A stretch of 64,000 nt of DNA, from contig JAHRHZ010000085.1 in the NCBI GenBank assembly GCA_024137785.1, forward strand, positions 15,420,772 through 15,484,771, read 5' to 3'. The position numbers were made by a program, and so were the translations under genes. Position 1 is the first letter of the stretch, and every line of letters begins with the position of its first letter. This document shows positions 1 to 12,801 of the stretch, piece after piece. Origin of the DNA: Ginglymostoma cirratum (Eukaryota). Below the pieces are notes generated by a model, which saw only the letters and a program-made list of their open reading frames with translations, made no database searches and had not been told where the DNA came from.

Positions 1-831
1 GTTCTACTTCGCTCGTCATTGGAAACCTCTGTCATGCCAAAGAACATGCCTGTCCTCCAACAGATTTGTGAAGAAGACGAAGAGGAAGAGGAGGAAGAAG
101 ATGCAGAGATGGAGGTCAAAGCTACACCTTTGCCAAACATGATGCAAGTTCCGTGCACCGGTACTAATCAGCAAACCTTGGGCTGCCCCAGCAAAGATAC
201 CGAGATGGACGGCAACAAACTGTTTCACGAGATGTGGAGCTGCCAGCGGGAGAGTGGGGTGATGAACTCCTCAGTTGAAGTGCCAGGGTCAGTGGGGCCA
301 CTCTGCTGCAGCAGGTGGGCTGGGAAAAGTGAGCCGCTCTCCGGTTACTTTGCGAACCGGCCGATCAACCTCATGAATGAGAGCAACAACAACAGCACCA
401 GCAAAGGTATCATCAGAGCTCCTGTAGACGTTAGCGACATCAGTGTTCAGAAGGCCCACCCTTGCCCGCACTCTCATCAATGTCCAGCCAGCCTAGACTC
501 TCGAGTTACTGAGCCCATACTGTCTAGCACTGACTTGGCCAAGGACAAACTGCAGGGGCTGCAAAAATGCGAGGGCCCGAGTGTGGAAAGTCCAAAACAC
601 CTGATTGACTGGATGGCTGAGAACAGTGGGTTGGCAAATGACAATGCAAGCCTTGACAGCAGTGCAGACCCTGTGAATAAATTTGATCCTACCCGGTCAA
701 AAAACATAAACATTAGGGACCGGATTCTGCAAATCCCACTCTGTGAGAAAGCCCTTTCCTTTAAGATCAAACCGAACTCTAAAGAAAACCTCCTCTCCTT
801 TGGACAGTTCAACTGTTGTCATGTAATTTAG
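1..831 (+). CDS. snrk: SNRK-like (SNF-related serine/threonine kinase family) terminal coding exon, 5'-truncated by the window edge
   Basis: Frame is open from base 1 to TAG at 829-831. KNMPVLQQICEEDEEEE resembles SNRK ...APVLNQIFEE.... The C-terminus ILQIPLCEKALSFKIKPNSKENLLSFGQFNCCHVI resembles the recalled human SNRK end (LQLPLCEK...PKEGLL...SCCHVI). Tail-to-tail position with an ANO10-family gene matches known SNRK/ANO10 synteny. The middle is divergent, so it may be a paralog. Confidence 0.85.
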   Translation, partial: VLLRSSLETSVMPKNMPVLQQICEEDEEEEEEEDAEMEVKATPLPNMMQVPCTGTNQQTLGCPSKDTEMDGNKLFHEMWSCQRESGVMNSSVEVPGSVGPLCCSRWAGKSEPLSGYFANRPINLMNESNNNSTSKGIIRAPVDVSDISVQKAHPCPHSHQCPASLDSRVTEPILSSTDLAKDKLQGLQKCEGPSVESPKHLIDWMAENSGLANDNASLDSSADPVNKFDPTRSKNINIRDRILQIPLCEKALSFKIKPNSKENLLSFGQFNCCHVI

Positions 832-2257
832 TTTTTTTTTTAAGAAAAGAAAAATTATATAGTTTGTGTGGGTCTACACACAATCGTTGTAAATATGTAT
901 CATCTTTTACAGTCTAGGGGTACGGCATTAGAAAGGAAGGATATTTAAGGTTGGTTTCTGTCTGCACTCCCAAAGTGGGGAGCTCTGTCTGTCATGAATG
1001 TATGTTGGAAACCAGTGATTTCCTGACTTGTCTGTTTAGATGGTGGGACTCTCACCAATAATTGATCCATAGACCCAGCTCCCCACTTGAAGTGCGAAAT
1101 TGGAAAAATAACCCTTTAATTCTCATAATGGAATAACGGGTATAAAGTAAAATACAATTTGGTGCTTCTTTCTGAGTTGGAAGAAAGTTCAAAGTAATTC
1201 TCCATTCTTTATACTGTCTAACTTGTGAAATCCTTCGCTGCTGTACCATGTTGGAACATAATTGGGTAGTCATGCAGTGATTACACCCTTTTTAGGCACA
1301 GACCCAGTATCCCACCTTCAAATTTCCCAATTAGTTCACTGTTATCTTGAGACCCCATTAGTTGATGAGACTCAGTGTTTGGGGAATTTCTTCATGTACA
1401 TTATATGACAGCATACTGTAGACATCTGCCCTGGTGCAGTTAACTGAAGTGTGTACATAATAGTGTACTTCCTTCATTGTCACCTTTATATTAAAAAAAA
1501 ATCTAGTGTTCGCAGATTAATTTTCACAGGTCTGTTTTATTACGTGTATAAGAAGTATGACTTTTAAGTGTATAGTGTGTGTTCCTCTTCCTTCTATTGT
1601 AAATGCTAATCCTTCACTGTACATATCGCACTGTTAGCTCTGGAAGCTGCCCTGCACTAACATGTGAATATGAAATGGTAATTTTCCCAAAATAGTACAT
1701 ATTTTTAAATACTGTAAAGTACTACATTGTAATTTGTTTGTCCACCTCTTAAACCTAAGATAAATTCATGAAAGATTGTGGAAAAATTATGCCTCTTTAT
1801 TAGGTATATACCATCCTAAAATAGGCCTGTGTACCATCAGTGTTTGTTACTGAAGGCCTGGCAAAGTTCACACATGAGCCGAGTGATATGCACAACTGGA
1901 GCGCTACTCCCCACTCTCCCAGTAAGCTATACCAGCTAGTGGATTCGTTCTCCAGTCATTGTTACAAGCGATTAAAGAATTATGTCCTCTTACTTCCTGC
2001 AGTTCCTTCTAGGACATCCAAGATTCTGTCTTGATGAACTTGAATCTTGCATCTTAGTTTTAGTGTGACTGGTTCTAGAAGTAGCCCATGGGCTGCAAGA
2101 TCTTCTAAGTGATCGTTCCAAATTGACTGTCAGCCAGCACTTTGTTAGAAAGACCACACAGTGTTAAAGTAGCAATATCCCATCCGCCACCATTTTCTTC
2201 CATCTGGGTCTGCTTGTCCTTTAATTTTCCCTTTAACTTATTTTTTCCACAAATAAA
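832..2257 (+). promoter_or_regulatory. Probable 3'UTR of the SNRK-like gene with candidate poly(A) signals (ATTAAA 1490-1495, AATAAA 2252-2257)
   Basis: AT-rich, repeat-free sequence after the stop. Three TGTANATA Pumilio elements at 888, 1452 and 1618. The true 3' end cannot be fixed from sequence alone. Confidence 0.55.
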
Positions 2258-4016
2258 AGATGTGGCCATGGGTACACACACTAGTTATGCCTGTCCTTTA
2301 CTGGGGTATGTGGAATACTCTTGGTTCCAGCCCTGAACCCATGCCCTCCCCCATCCCATTTTCTGTTTCTCCCTCGCCATCTCCCGTGTCAGCACTACTG
2401 CAATCTCTTCCCCTTTTCATCACCCGAAATCTCCGCACGTTAACAGGAAAGTAATTCAGTGGGAGTGGGATGGACATTGACCTGATTTACTCACATTTCA
2501 TGCAAGCTTGCGGATAGTGCCCAACTTGTCTCCAGTTGTCCATATCAGCCCTTGACTAGGGAGGAACTATTCCACCCTGGCTTATACTGCTGAAGGCCTT
2601 TCTGACAGAAGGTGTATGTAGTTAAGAGCAGGATTGAGTCTTCTTGTAATGCTGACCATTCCCTCTCCTCAGTGGCTAAGTAGTCTTACGCATGAAGATT
2701 CTGATGGACTCCAAAACCGTCAGGAGCCAGTCACTTTGAGTTGTTGTAGAAAATAGACGTGGATCAGAGAAAATAGTTCTAAGTCTGGCAGTGGGTGTGG
2801 AAGCAAACTGGTTGGGTTAAATGGCTTCCTTCCACGCTGTAACCATTCTGTCATTACCCAGTTCTCAGCTTGTTACATCTGCGTGGGCAGTGTATCAAGC
2901 AGTGAACAGGAAGTCAACGCCAATGCTGTTGTCTTCAGGTCCTGGCACTGTACTTAAATGGTATCCAAATGTTTCTACCAGCCCAGAGCATCAGTGGGGC
3001 TCTCAGAGTGGGCGTCTTCAGTTAAACATTCTGACCTTTCCTTGGTAAGCCAGATTACACCCTTGGCCAGCCTCCTTGACCCATGTCCATTACTGTCCCT
3101 TGATTATACTCCATGCCCTGTGCAACTTAGACTATGGCCACTCGATCTCAATCATGGCACACTATAGATGAAGGCTGCGCAATGAGGGCAAAGCAGCAGC
3201 TTTTCCAATATCTTCCCTGCTGCTGCAGGCATTTGATATAAAATCATGAATATGGCAAATCTCAATTGGGAAGGGAATCTTAATTTTGATGAGCTGGCCT
3301 TTTCAATGAGTTTGCATGACGTGCAAATGCATGCAAAATGTGTTTCCTGAAGCTTGCAATCAGGAAGCTTGACCTGCCTGTGAGGTTCCAAGAATTTCAT
3401 TATGAACCTTCTTCCTGTCTATTGGACCCTGATTTCTTTGGGCAATTGTTCCCTTAACGACCATCGCCCTGCTCCTGGGAGCAGCTGAAGATTGTACCCT
3501 GGGATTGGGAACCAAGGACACCAGGACAGGAAGGCTCACAACCCAGAACGTGGATTTGAAAGTACTCCCTATGCTAAAATTTGGCAAAGAGAGAACATTT
3601 GCTTGACCTAAGATTTTTAATAACAATTTGCAACTCTGAGCAGGAGATTTTCGTCTTCTTTGCGCACCTTTTAATAAAGATGACTTTGGAGGTAAAGGCA
3701 GGCAAGACATGTGTAGACCAGTTCAGTGATGACAAGTTTGGAACCAGCTTTTGAACTATATTCAATTATGTAATTATAAGTAGTTAACATGCAACATTAG
3801 CAGCATGTGGTATGATTTTCTGTAATTAGACAAAATGCATCCCATGTTCCAACTGTATTCTTTCATTAGTCTCTGGCTGGAATCAACCCTGAACTTAATT
3901 ATGAAGTGTTACCAATGTACTGAAGATCCTTCCAATACTAATTAAGATGATTTGATGTTTATTCAGCTTGCATTTATGTGGTCTTCCTAATTTGTAGGTT
4001 TATTTGTCAAATATGT

Positions 4017-4265
4017 CATAGAATCCCTACAGTGTGGAGGCAGGCCATTCGTCCCATCAAGTCCATACAGACCCTCTGAAGAGTATCCCACCCAGACCCA
4101 CCCCCCTATCATATCCCTATATCCCTGTATTTCCCATGGCTAATCCTCATTGCCTGCACATTCCTGGACACCATGGACAATTTTCCATGGCCAATCCACC
4201 CACCCTACATATCCCTGGACACTATGGGCAATTTAGCATAGCCATTCCACCTAACTTGCACATCT
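4017..4265 (-). mobile_element. HE1/V-SINE-like element, 3' part with internal tandem repetition
   Basis: Matches the 3' half of the full copies at 19889 and 47133 (catagaatccctacagtgtgga...ggccaatccacctaac). The unit atggccaatcc...cctggacac is repeated. Confidence 0.75.
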
Positions 4266-4699
4266 TGTCAAAAATTTGTCAAACATGAATAGGAAAAATG
4301 TAGAGGGATATGGTCCAAATGCAGGCATGTGGGACATGTTTAATTTGGGAAATTTGGTCGGCATTGACGAGGAGTCAGTTTCCTTGCTGTAGGACTCTGT
4401 GATTAAATAAGGAAGGAAGTGAGAGAAATGGAGAGGCTAGTTGAAAAGGAGAGCAGTAAGAATGGTTGGTTGTGGGGAGGGGTGTTTACAACTGCAGGGA
4501 GGAGGGGTGAGATGATGGGAGGAGTATTCCAGCGGCTATGCTCACTGAACAAACACACTGTTGTGTGGAGAAATTGAGGTCACAGCATAATGACTGGGAA
4601 TGAAAGCAAGTATGACAGGAGGAGACTATGAAGATAAAGATGGCCAAGGCAAGGGAGAGATTTGAAAATGTTGAGAGAGGTCCTGAAGACATTCCTGGA

Positions 4700-5330
4700 G
4701 GTTGGAGAACCCAGTGTAATGGGATTGTAGGACTTCTTATTTCAAAGGAAATGAAGTAGAAAGGTATGGAGGTCTTGCTAAAACTATAGTTTGACCACAG
4801 CTGGAATACAGTGAACAGTTCTAGTCCCCTTATCTAAAGAAAGATATACTGGCATTGGAGGCAGTCTAGAGAAGGTTCACTAGGTTGGTTCTGGGTATGA
4901 ACGGATTGTCTTATGAAGACGTTGAGTGAGTTGGCCTGTACCCATCGTAGTTTGGATGAATGTGAGGAGACCTTATTGAATCATACAAGATTCACAGGGG
5001 GCTTGACAGGATGGATGTGGAGAGGTTGTTTCCTCTCATGGGAGCGTCTAGGACCACACCGCATCATCACAGAATAAGGGGTCACCCATTTAAGACAGAG
5101 GTGAGGAACTTCTCTTAGAGGGTAGTGAATCTGGAGTTCTTTCCTGCAGACAGCTATTGGGTCATTAAGAATAACCAAGTCTCAGATAGGCAGGTTGTTC
5201 TTCAGTAAGGGAGTCAAGGGTTATGGAGAAAAGATAAAATGTTCCAGATTATCAGATCAGTTGTGATATAATTGAATCATGGAAAAAAACTTGATGGTCC
5301 ACTTCTGCTTCTATGTCTGATGGTCTTAAA
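4700..5330 (+). mobile_element. CR1-type LINE 3' fragment (degenerate RT C-terminus and tail)
   Basis: Decayed LEY..QFWSPYL.KDILALEAV.RRFT-like coding, followed by a typical CR1 3' region shared with other copies in the window. Confidence 0.75.
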
Positions 5331-6991
5331 GAGCCGGTCAAAAATGTGATTATAAAACTTTCAATCTGTCACTTAAATGTGTAAGGGTCTGAAAACATTA
5401 ATATTAAGGAGTGCCTTAAGCTCCATCCAATATGATAATATCTGGTTTTGTAGAAAGAACAGTTTCGAATCTTGAGTGATAAAGATCTACCATCTGGGCC
5501 TGCCACATCTCTGTGACAATGCCTATCACATCAGGATACCTCGTATAAAGCTGCTAGCATGCAATAGACTACATCTTGCTTAAATCAACAGTCTCTTCCT
5601 GTTAGGCTATTCAGTGGTTTTTGTCTACTACATCAGACTAATCAGGCCCCACCGATCCTGACCCCGGAAGAGGATGGTGGCACAAATGTGCAATGAAGAA
5701 CAGAGCTCAGACATCACAATGAACAGTGGTAGAGATTGTTCATGCAACAGGCTCAGCCTAGAGTTTGGAGAGAGACACATAGCAGCACACTGGAGAATTT
5801 AGTCCTTGAAATGATGATGGCATAGCAGGATATTAAAGGGGAGAGTTGTGTGGGGCGAGGGATATTCTTATAGAGGGTACAATCTGCTTTAGTCTCAGGA
5901 TGTGGAGGCTAAACAAACTTTGGGATTAAGGAGAATTCCAATATTACAAAGTTCCTGATTGAGGCTGGGGTAGCAGCCAGGGAAGTTGGAATCCAGATTC
6001 TCTGGGAATCTTTTCTGATAACTACTTGACACTTCGGCTAAGCACAAATAACTTGCAAGAGTTGGAGCTTTTCTAACAAGCTTTTTTTCCCCAGTACCTT
6101 CAGTGGAGCAGGAGAGAATGCACATAACAGATCACAATGTATTGCTACTATCAAAATGTTTCAGCTGTTTTCCATCTTCTGAGTACTCAGGTGGATTCTC
6201 TAAACCTTTTCAGTAATGTGGCTGCTGATACCAGGTGCTATTCCTGACAAGGCTGATATTGGGCGACCGGAAGGTGCAAGGATAATGCAGTTAAACATGA
6301 TTGCATCACTCTCACTTTCTTCTGCTGTTTTCCATTCTCTCTATTTCACCCTTCCACGTCTTTCACACACCCCCCTTTTTCACTGTCTTTCTGTCACAAC
6401 TCCTTTTATCTCATTTCTTTCAATATTGATGGCATTCCGTGCAGGCACATCCAAGTTGCAGTCCTTGTAACATACCAGGAAATAGAAACACAATCTGGGC
6501 ACTTCAAACTAAGAGGCCGTCATTCCCTTTACGGTAGTTAATTGTGTAAGTTCAGTAAGTGGCCAGGGATGGGAAGATGTGACTGAGTCAGGTAAATAAT
6601 AGGATCCAGGAATTCATTGGTGGAGCTTCAACCTTGTTTAACAACTTTGAGATACTTGCAAGTAGTGTGGATGAGAACTGATGGTGAAGGACAAAAATGG
6701 AACCTGGTAGCAACAGGAGAGTAACGATATTCAACCCAACCCTTATCAGGTGTTTCTAGTGCTGGGATTAAAAAATCTCTTTTGTGTCTGGAAAAGAGTA
6801 AACAATGTGACTCGTTGGATCCATTTGTATCCTGGTTCATGTCAGAATGAACAACATAGGTAGAATGAGGAATAGTGTTGTGATGAATGAATCTGAGGGC
6901 CACAGATCAAAATTGCTAAACAGAACCTGAAAACTAATAATCTCCAGATTATTACCTAATCCATGTGGTAAATGGACATGAGGGAAACACA

Positions 6992-7088
6992 TCACAGAAG
7001 AGCCCTGGCTGGAAACATCAACTTTCCTGCTCCTTTGATGCTGCCTGACCTGCTGTGTTCCTCCAGCTCCACACTGTGTTGTCACAGA
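6992..7088 (+). mobile_element. Truncated short Penelope-derived (hammerhead-family) element
   Basis: gaaacatcaactttcctgctcc...gatgctgcctgacctgctgtg body is shared with the 29233, 29975 and 60638 copies. tcacaga occurs on both sides. Confidence 0.6.
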
Positions 7089-7421
7089 GCTCGACCTGTC
7101 ACTTATGGAGTTCTGTGGGAGACTGGGGTTTCAATTCGTGGAGCACTGGCACCAATACGAGAGAGAGAGAGAACTGTTTGCTTGGGATGGGCTTGACTTA
7201 ACATAGATAACGACCAGTGTCCTGGTAAATGAAATAGTTATGGTATGACTCAAGAGAGAGCTTTAAATTAAAAATAGGTTGGCTGTTTCAGGAGAAGCAG
7301 GGAGGTCAGGTGAGGGGAAATTTCTTAATCTTGGAAGGTAAGTCAAGGCGCAGTGCTGTGTCACTGTGTGGATAGAATGTGATAACAAGGAACACAGTTT
7401 CTTTTGAAATCTAATGCATTC

Positions 7422-7684
7422 GGGGGAGGCAATAGCATCGTGGTATTATCACAGGGCTGTTTAATCCAGAGACCCAGATAATGTTCTGGGGACCCAGGTT
7501 TGAATCCCGCCACAGCAGATGGTGAAATTTGAATTCAATGAAAATCTGGAATTGAGAATCTAATGATGACCGTGAATCCATTGTTGATTGTTGGGGAAAA
7601 AAACCCATCTGATTCACTAATGTCCTTTAGGGAAGGAAACTGCCATCCTTACCTGGTCTGGCCTACATGTAACTCTAGACCCAG
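7422..7684 (+). mobile_element. tRNA-derived SINE with MER131/MetaSINE-like central domain (3'-truncated)
   Basis: A/B-box-like head (tggtattatcac...ggtttgaatccc) and core ttcactaatgtcctttagggaaggaaactgccatccttacctggtctggcctacatg. Near-identical to 46494 and 52366. Family name is from memory. Confidence 0.7.
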
Positions 7685-7929
7685 ATGAGGAAGAATGACT
7701 TGAGGATAATAGTGAGGAAGGAGATCTTTATTTTGATGATCAATAGTAGAAAGTATGGGTGAAGATGGAAAATACTGATGGGAATAGTTCATAGTCCTTT
7801 AACAGTTGTTATACCAATAGATGATAATTAATCAAGAAATGAGAGGAGCTTGTTACAAAGGCGATGCAATAATATTGAGACACAAATCTTCAGATGGATG
7901 GGACACATCAAATTGGAGACTGTAGTTTG

Positions 7930-8073
7930 TTCTGAGTTCTGAGGAAGGGTCACCGGACCCGAAACGTTAACTCTGTTTTCTCCTCCACAGATGCTGCCAG
8001 ACCTGCTGAGCTTTTCCAGCAACTTTGTTTTTGTTCCTGATTTACAGCATCCGCAGTTCTTTTGGTTTTTATT
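7930..8073 (+). mobile_element. Short non-autonomous Penelope-like/retrozyme-like element with 11-bp TSD
   Basis: Flanked by actgtagtttg at 7919-7929 and 8074-8084. Begins with a hammerhead motif. Body is shared with the 18592, 32422 and 9060 copies. Confidence 0.8.
7934..7973 (+). ncRNA. Minimal type I hammerhead ribozyme motif (predicted cleavage after GUU, nt 7968)
   Basis: Stem I GAGTT(7934-38)/AACTC(7969-73); core CTGAGGA(7939-45); extra A; stem II GGGTC-accg-GACCC(7947-60); GAAA(7961-64); palindromic ACGT in place of a looped stem III. Confidence 0.65.
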
Positions 8074-9059
8074 ACTGTAGTTTGGAGGATGTGTTCATGG
8101 GAAGAATTAAAGAACAACGCGCTTCTTAGAACAATGCATGTGCAATTGCAAAGGAGAAGAATGATCATAATTTGATAGAATTGTTCATTAAGTTGAAGAG
8201 AAGCATACCTAATTAAACCTAAAGGTCTGTAGCCTAATTGTTACATTGGTATGAGGGGTGAGTTATGTAAGGCATGCTTTATTCCAGTTACAGGCTAACA
8301 TGCTGTTAACGATAGTTGGCAAGATGTGTCTATCTCTGGGCTGTGGCTATCTACACATACATCCTTAGAGGCCGTTGGTTTATCTTAGAACAAGACTCTT
8401 TGCTGCACCATCTCTTTCATGTCTTCGCTACATTTAACATGCTTTATTTTCATCCATGCATTACAGCCTGCTGAATGCAGTTCTCGAGCATAATGTCTAG
8501 AACCTCTCTCTTCATATGATTATTCTTATCTCTCTTCTATGATTTCTTCTTCTGATCTATTTATTGGATATCAGAGTAACACGATCATTATTTGTATATT
8601 TCATTATACTGCAAGTTTGCATTTAATCAGATTTCCTGAACTATGAGAGTAGAAAAACAATGGCAAACATTTTTTTAAAAAATATCATCTCTTCAACAAA
8701 TATATATTCCATTGAGACATAAGAAATTCATGGAAAAGGTGATCCTTCTGAGCCTCACTAAAAATAATGATTATATTAAATTAAGAAGTTTATAAAGTTG
8801 TCAAGAGGAATAAGATGCCTAAAGTTTAAGTGATTTTTTTTCTTTATAAATCAGCAAAATTTGACTGAAGACAGATAGTGGATAAAATCAGATTAGAAAA
8901 CTAACTAACAAGAACATAGGAACCAGGAAAGGAAGCATTCAGGGCCTTTTTACCTACCGTGCCATTCAATAAGATCATGTCTAATATGTGTATGTTTTGG
9001 CTTTCACCTTCCCGTAGCTTTTGACCCCATTTCCTAACAAGAGTGTATCTAATACGCAT

Positions 9060-9200
9060 AATAAAAACGAAAATTCTACAGACGCTGGAAATCTGAATTT
9101 AAAACAGAAATTACCTGGAGAAACTCGGCAGCCTAGCAGCATCTGTGGAGAGCACAATAGTGATAACATTTCAAGATTAGTAGGACTCTTCAAATCTGAA
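9060..9200 (-). mobile_element. Degenerate copy of the short Penelope-derived element
   Basis: gacgctggaaatctgaa...ctggagaaactcggcagcctagcagcatctgtggag is the reverse complement of the 7930 family body. Confidence 0.6.
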
Positions 9201-10049
9201 GCAGGCTGGAAATTTTTTTTATGCTGTGAACTGAGGGAAGAGTGACCAGAGCAAAAGCAAAGGGAGTAGTAACGGTGGTAAAGGAGCGATAGGGCTGTAA
9301 AGTAGGTATAAATATTAGGAGTGAGAAAAGGAAGATGCACCTGCACTGCTGAGAGCAAAGCCACTAGTCACAAAAAGAGGCAGGTAGGGCTGAGGAGGCA
9401 CAGGGATGTTGCACTCTTAATAGAGGACAGACATTATGGTCTTGCTGTTGAATTCAATAATGTTTTGTTGTAGTGGGAGGGGAAACAAGAAAGAAAAGCT
9501 TCTGAGGGCAGATAGATGGCATGGATGACACTTAATTGTAATAGAATCTCCCCTTCATAAATGTATTGCTATTTTAAATCACCTCTCTGATCGACTGTGA
9601 TAGTAACACAACTGCATTCTTAATGCTGTGACGTGTCAGAATCCTGTCTAATCCTGGAGTAGTATCCTTTTCCTAATGCCCACCTGGTCATTATTTAGTG
9701 CTGACTGTGCCGTCCCCCAGTGACTGAATCAGAAGCCTAATCTTAACGCATAAGTGACAAGACCCCTTATTGATCTCCTGACTGAGTGACCTCTGATGCG
9801 CGGACTAATTACACTGGACCTTCAGGACTGATCAATGTCTGCTTCCCAGCCTGTAATGAAATGAAACCCTTATCCTGATCACCCAACTAACCTTATCCCA
9901 GCCCCTGAGTTGATATTGGCTAATGTCTTTGACTTACTGTGACAGTATCCCCTTACAGATGACAGTTGCCCTTGATTTGCCTGAGGACTGCTCCCCTCAG
10001 ACTTAGAGGAATAGCTACGTGGATGAAGCACCTTCAGTGTATTTGTTGC

Positions 10050-10890
10050 ACATGTTTCTGACAAATAGTGCAGATGTGCCATTGATGTTGCGTGGTGTCA
10101 TAACATAACATGCCCACCCTGATCATTGCTGGAAAGGTTGACAAGCTGCCTAGCTTTGTGTCTGCATTAAAAGGCAAGATTGGAGTACGATGAGCCTGCA
10201 AGATCCGAAAGATGCAGCAAAATGCAAAAAAGGCAAGACAAGTCGGAGATGCTGTGAGCACCCACCTAAGTGCAGACTAAGTGAGCACTAAATGAGCAAA
10301 CTCAAAGTGCTGAGGTGCTCCCTGCTGCAATCCATGGGATGGGAGCCTAACGCTGAACACAAAGTGGCCGGGTAGCAGTGTGACAGGGTAAGGGGTGGGG
10401 GCAGGGGCACTGACAGGCAGCAGTGACATGGATTCTCACTGAGTCAGGCACATGCCGTAAGAATGTGGGGGTGCTGGTGATTCTGTCTGTGTGGATGGGG
10501 AGTTACAGGCAGCAGTCACTATCCATGGAGTGTGCCCAGAGATACTGGGGGCTGCTGGACAACGCAGAGCCTTTGGAGGAGGTATCGGTGAGCTGGAACC
10601 ACTGGGTACTCGCTCTGAGTTTCACATTGGGATTTGTCCATGTGTAGTCATGTGGGAGAATGAAAACCTCCATATAAATGATGTGAGATTTAGATATTTG
10701 TGAGATGTAAATACATGGAAATGTGTCACTCCCTGCTCAAGAACAAGATTCTCCTCTTGCTGTTTAAACCTTCGGTGGAAACAACCCTTTTTTCTTGATG
10801 TAGGCAATCTCATTTTTCTAACTTCTCCAGTTTTTATTTCTTAACTGGATTTGTTGGCCGCTTTGTTGATGGCCTGGGAAGATTCCACCC
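10050..10890. mobile_element. Probable deleted/degenerate relative of the Harbinger element at 12802
   Basis: Ends in the same 11-mer agattccaccc (10880-10890 vs 15761-15771). Shares a ctaagtgagc..ctaa..gagc segment (~10277 vs ~15259). Left boundary is uncertain. Confidence 0.35.
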
Positions 10891-11259
10891 TTGCTATTTG
10901 TCACCCTCTGCTTGGATATTGTCCAGCTCCTGCTGTTTATTGTTGGGAACCTTTGATGTTCAGTTTCTTCTCTTTCCTTCATACGGAACCAAACAAAACT
11001 TCAATAATAAATTGTATGTCATGGGTATTATATAACAGGAAAAAATATTGTGCACATAGCATACACAGAGGGTTAGGAGAAAGATTAGGCCCTATGGTCC
11101 CTCGAGTGTGTTCCGCCATTAAATATTATTGTTTACAATTAAGGGAGAGAAACCCCCCATGAAACTGACTGAAATTGACAACTTACCGATTTTTTTTTTA
11201 TTTTTTTGGCAAAACTCAGCCTGAAGTTACATTTGTGGCATTCATGTCCCAGTGCCTCC

Positions 11260-11815
11260 AGCAGGAGAGGTCTGACCGTCCAGCCCTAACATTCAATGAC
11301 ATTCCTAAAGCTGAATCCACCCCCCCAGGGGACTACTATTGAACAGAACAGACAAGGCACGAGTCAAGAATGTGATGGAATACTTCCATTTGCTTAGATG
11401 AGGGCAGCACCAACAATACCCAATAGCCAGCTTAAAGGAGCCCACACCATTGGCACTAACACACTTTCTGCTGCCAAACACAATGGCTGCAGTTTTTAAC
11501 ATCAAAAGAGCCACTGCAGCAACAATCCAGTCTCCTCCAACAACACCTATCCATAACCTCTGCTGTCTATAAGTCTGGGGCAGCAGCTGCACAGAAAGAC
11601 GACCACTGGCAAATACCCCTCCAAGCCACGCCACATCTTGACTTGGAACTACATCTCTGTTTCTTCACTGTTACACTTTCTCTGTGGCGATACCTGCACA
11701 AGCTGGACCCCAACGATCCAAAACATTGGCAGACATCACCATCTCCAAGGCATTTAGGGATGAACAACAATTGCTGGCCTAACTCACAAAACTCACATCC
11801 CATGAAAGAATAAAC
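11260..11815 (+). mobile_element. CR1/L2-clade LINE 3' fragment (same family as 55490-56222)
   Basis: gagtcaagaatgtgatggaatacttcc and the tail ggcatttagggatgaacaacaattgctggcc...acatcccatgaaagaataaa match the 55-56 kb copy. Confidence 0.7.
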
Positions 11816-12801
11816 TGGAACAGAAGAGTTAACTTGGAAACTTTGACCCTTTATCAACAAGTAGCCTGGCTATTTAATATTGCTCTGAATTGAATCTGTA
11901 TGTGTTATTTGGAGAAGTCTATTTTTGCATCCAGTGGGTCTTTGAACCCTTTTCTTTTTAGTACTGTTCTTTTGTTATGGGAACAAAAATAAAATCATAG
12001 CTTTGTAGTAAATAAATCAATGCTGACATCTCCTGTGTTGAAGGACCTGCGATGTGCAGCACTTGCTGGCTAATGTTTGTATGCTGACAGAGGCTAAAGA
12101 CCTTCTGACTGAATGGTAGCTTTGCTAAGCCCAGTCCAAATGCAGATTGCCTTTGTCACAGGCTCTGAGTGCTGTGTGCATACAAACAATATAAGATGCA
12201 GTCTCTTGATAATTAGATGCTCAAAGGAGTGAGGCAATTGCAGCACGATTTCTTCAAACTTTGCTGTCTGTCATCGGTGATATTGACGTGCTGATCACCA
12301 CTAACCTTTCCTTCATGTTCCCTTTCCTGTGCCAATATCACACATCATTTGACAGCCAGAGGAAATAGGACAAGGCTTGTCAATTTCCTGTCTATGATGA
12401 AGCCTCAAGCTCTCAATGGCTGTGTTATCTGCACTAACACTCTCTTTTTAATGGAGAGTGCTTGAATTTAAACAATGGAATGTTTAATACACGTTACACT
12501 GTCACACGAAACTGATACCAAGGACTGAATTTTATGTTGAAGTCTAGAATAAATACTTTGCAATCTCAGCATATTGTTCACCAATAATTATCAATGAGAG
12601 TGTTTCAACTTGTGATTAATGTTCTGAAGTATGCGACCTTGGCTGAGTTGCTTATACATTGTACACCAGTCCCCGTATTCCACAGAGAGGATTTCATGAA
12701 CTCTCTTTGAAGTGTCAGTGTAAGCTATTTTGTTCTGTATATCTCATGGTGTTGCAATTTGGACTGCCTCAATCCATTTTACCCCAAATCACAGAATCGC
12801 A

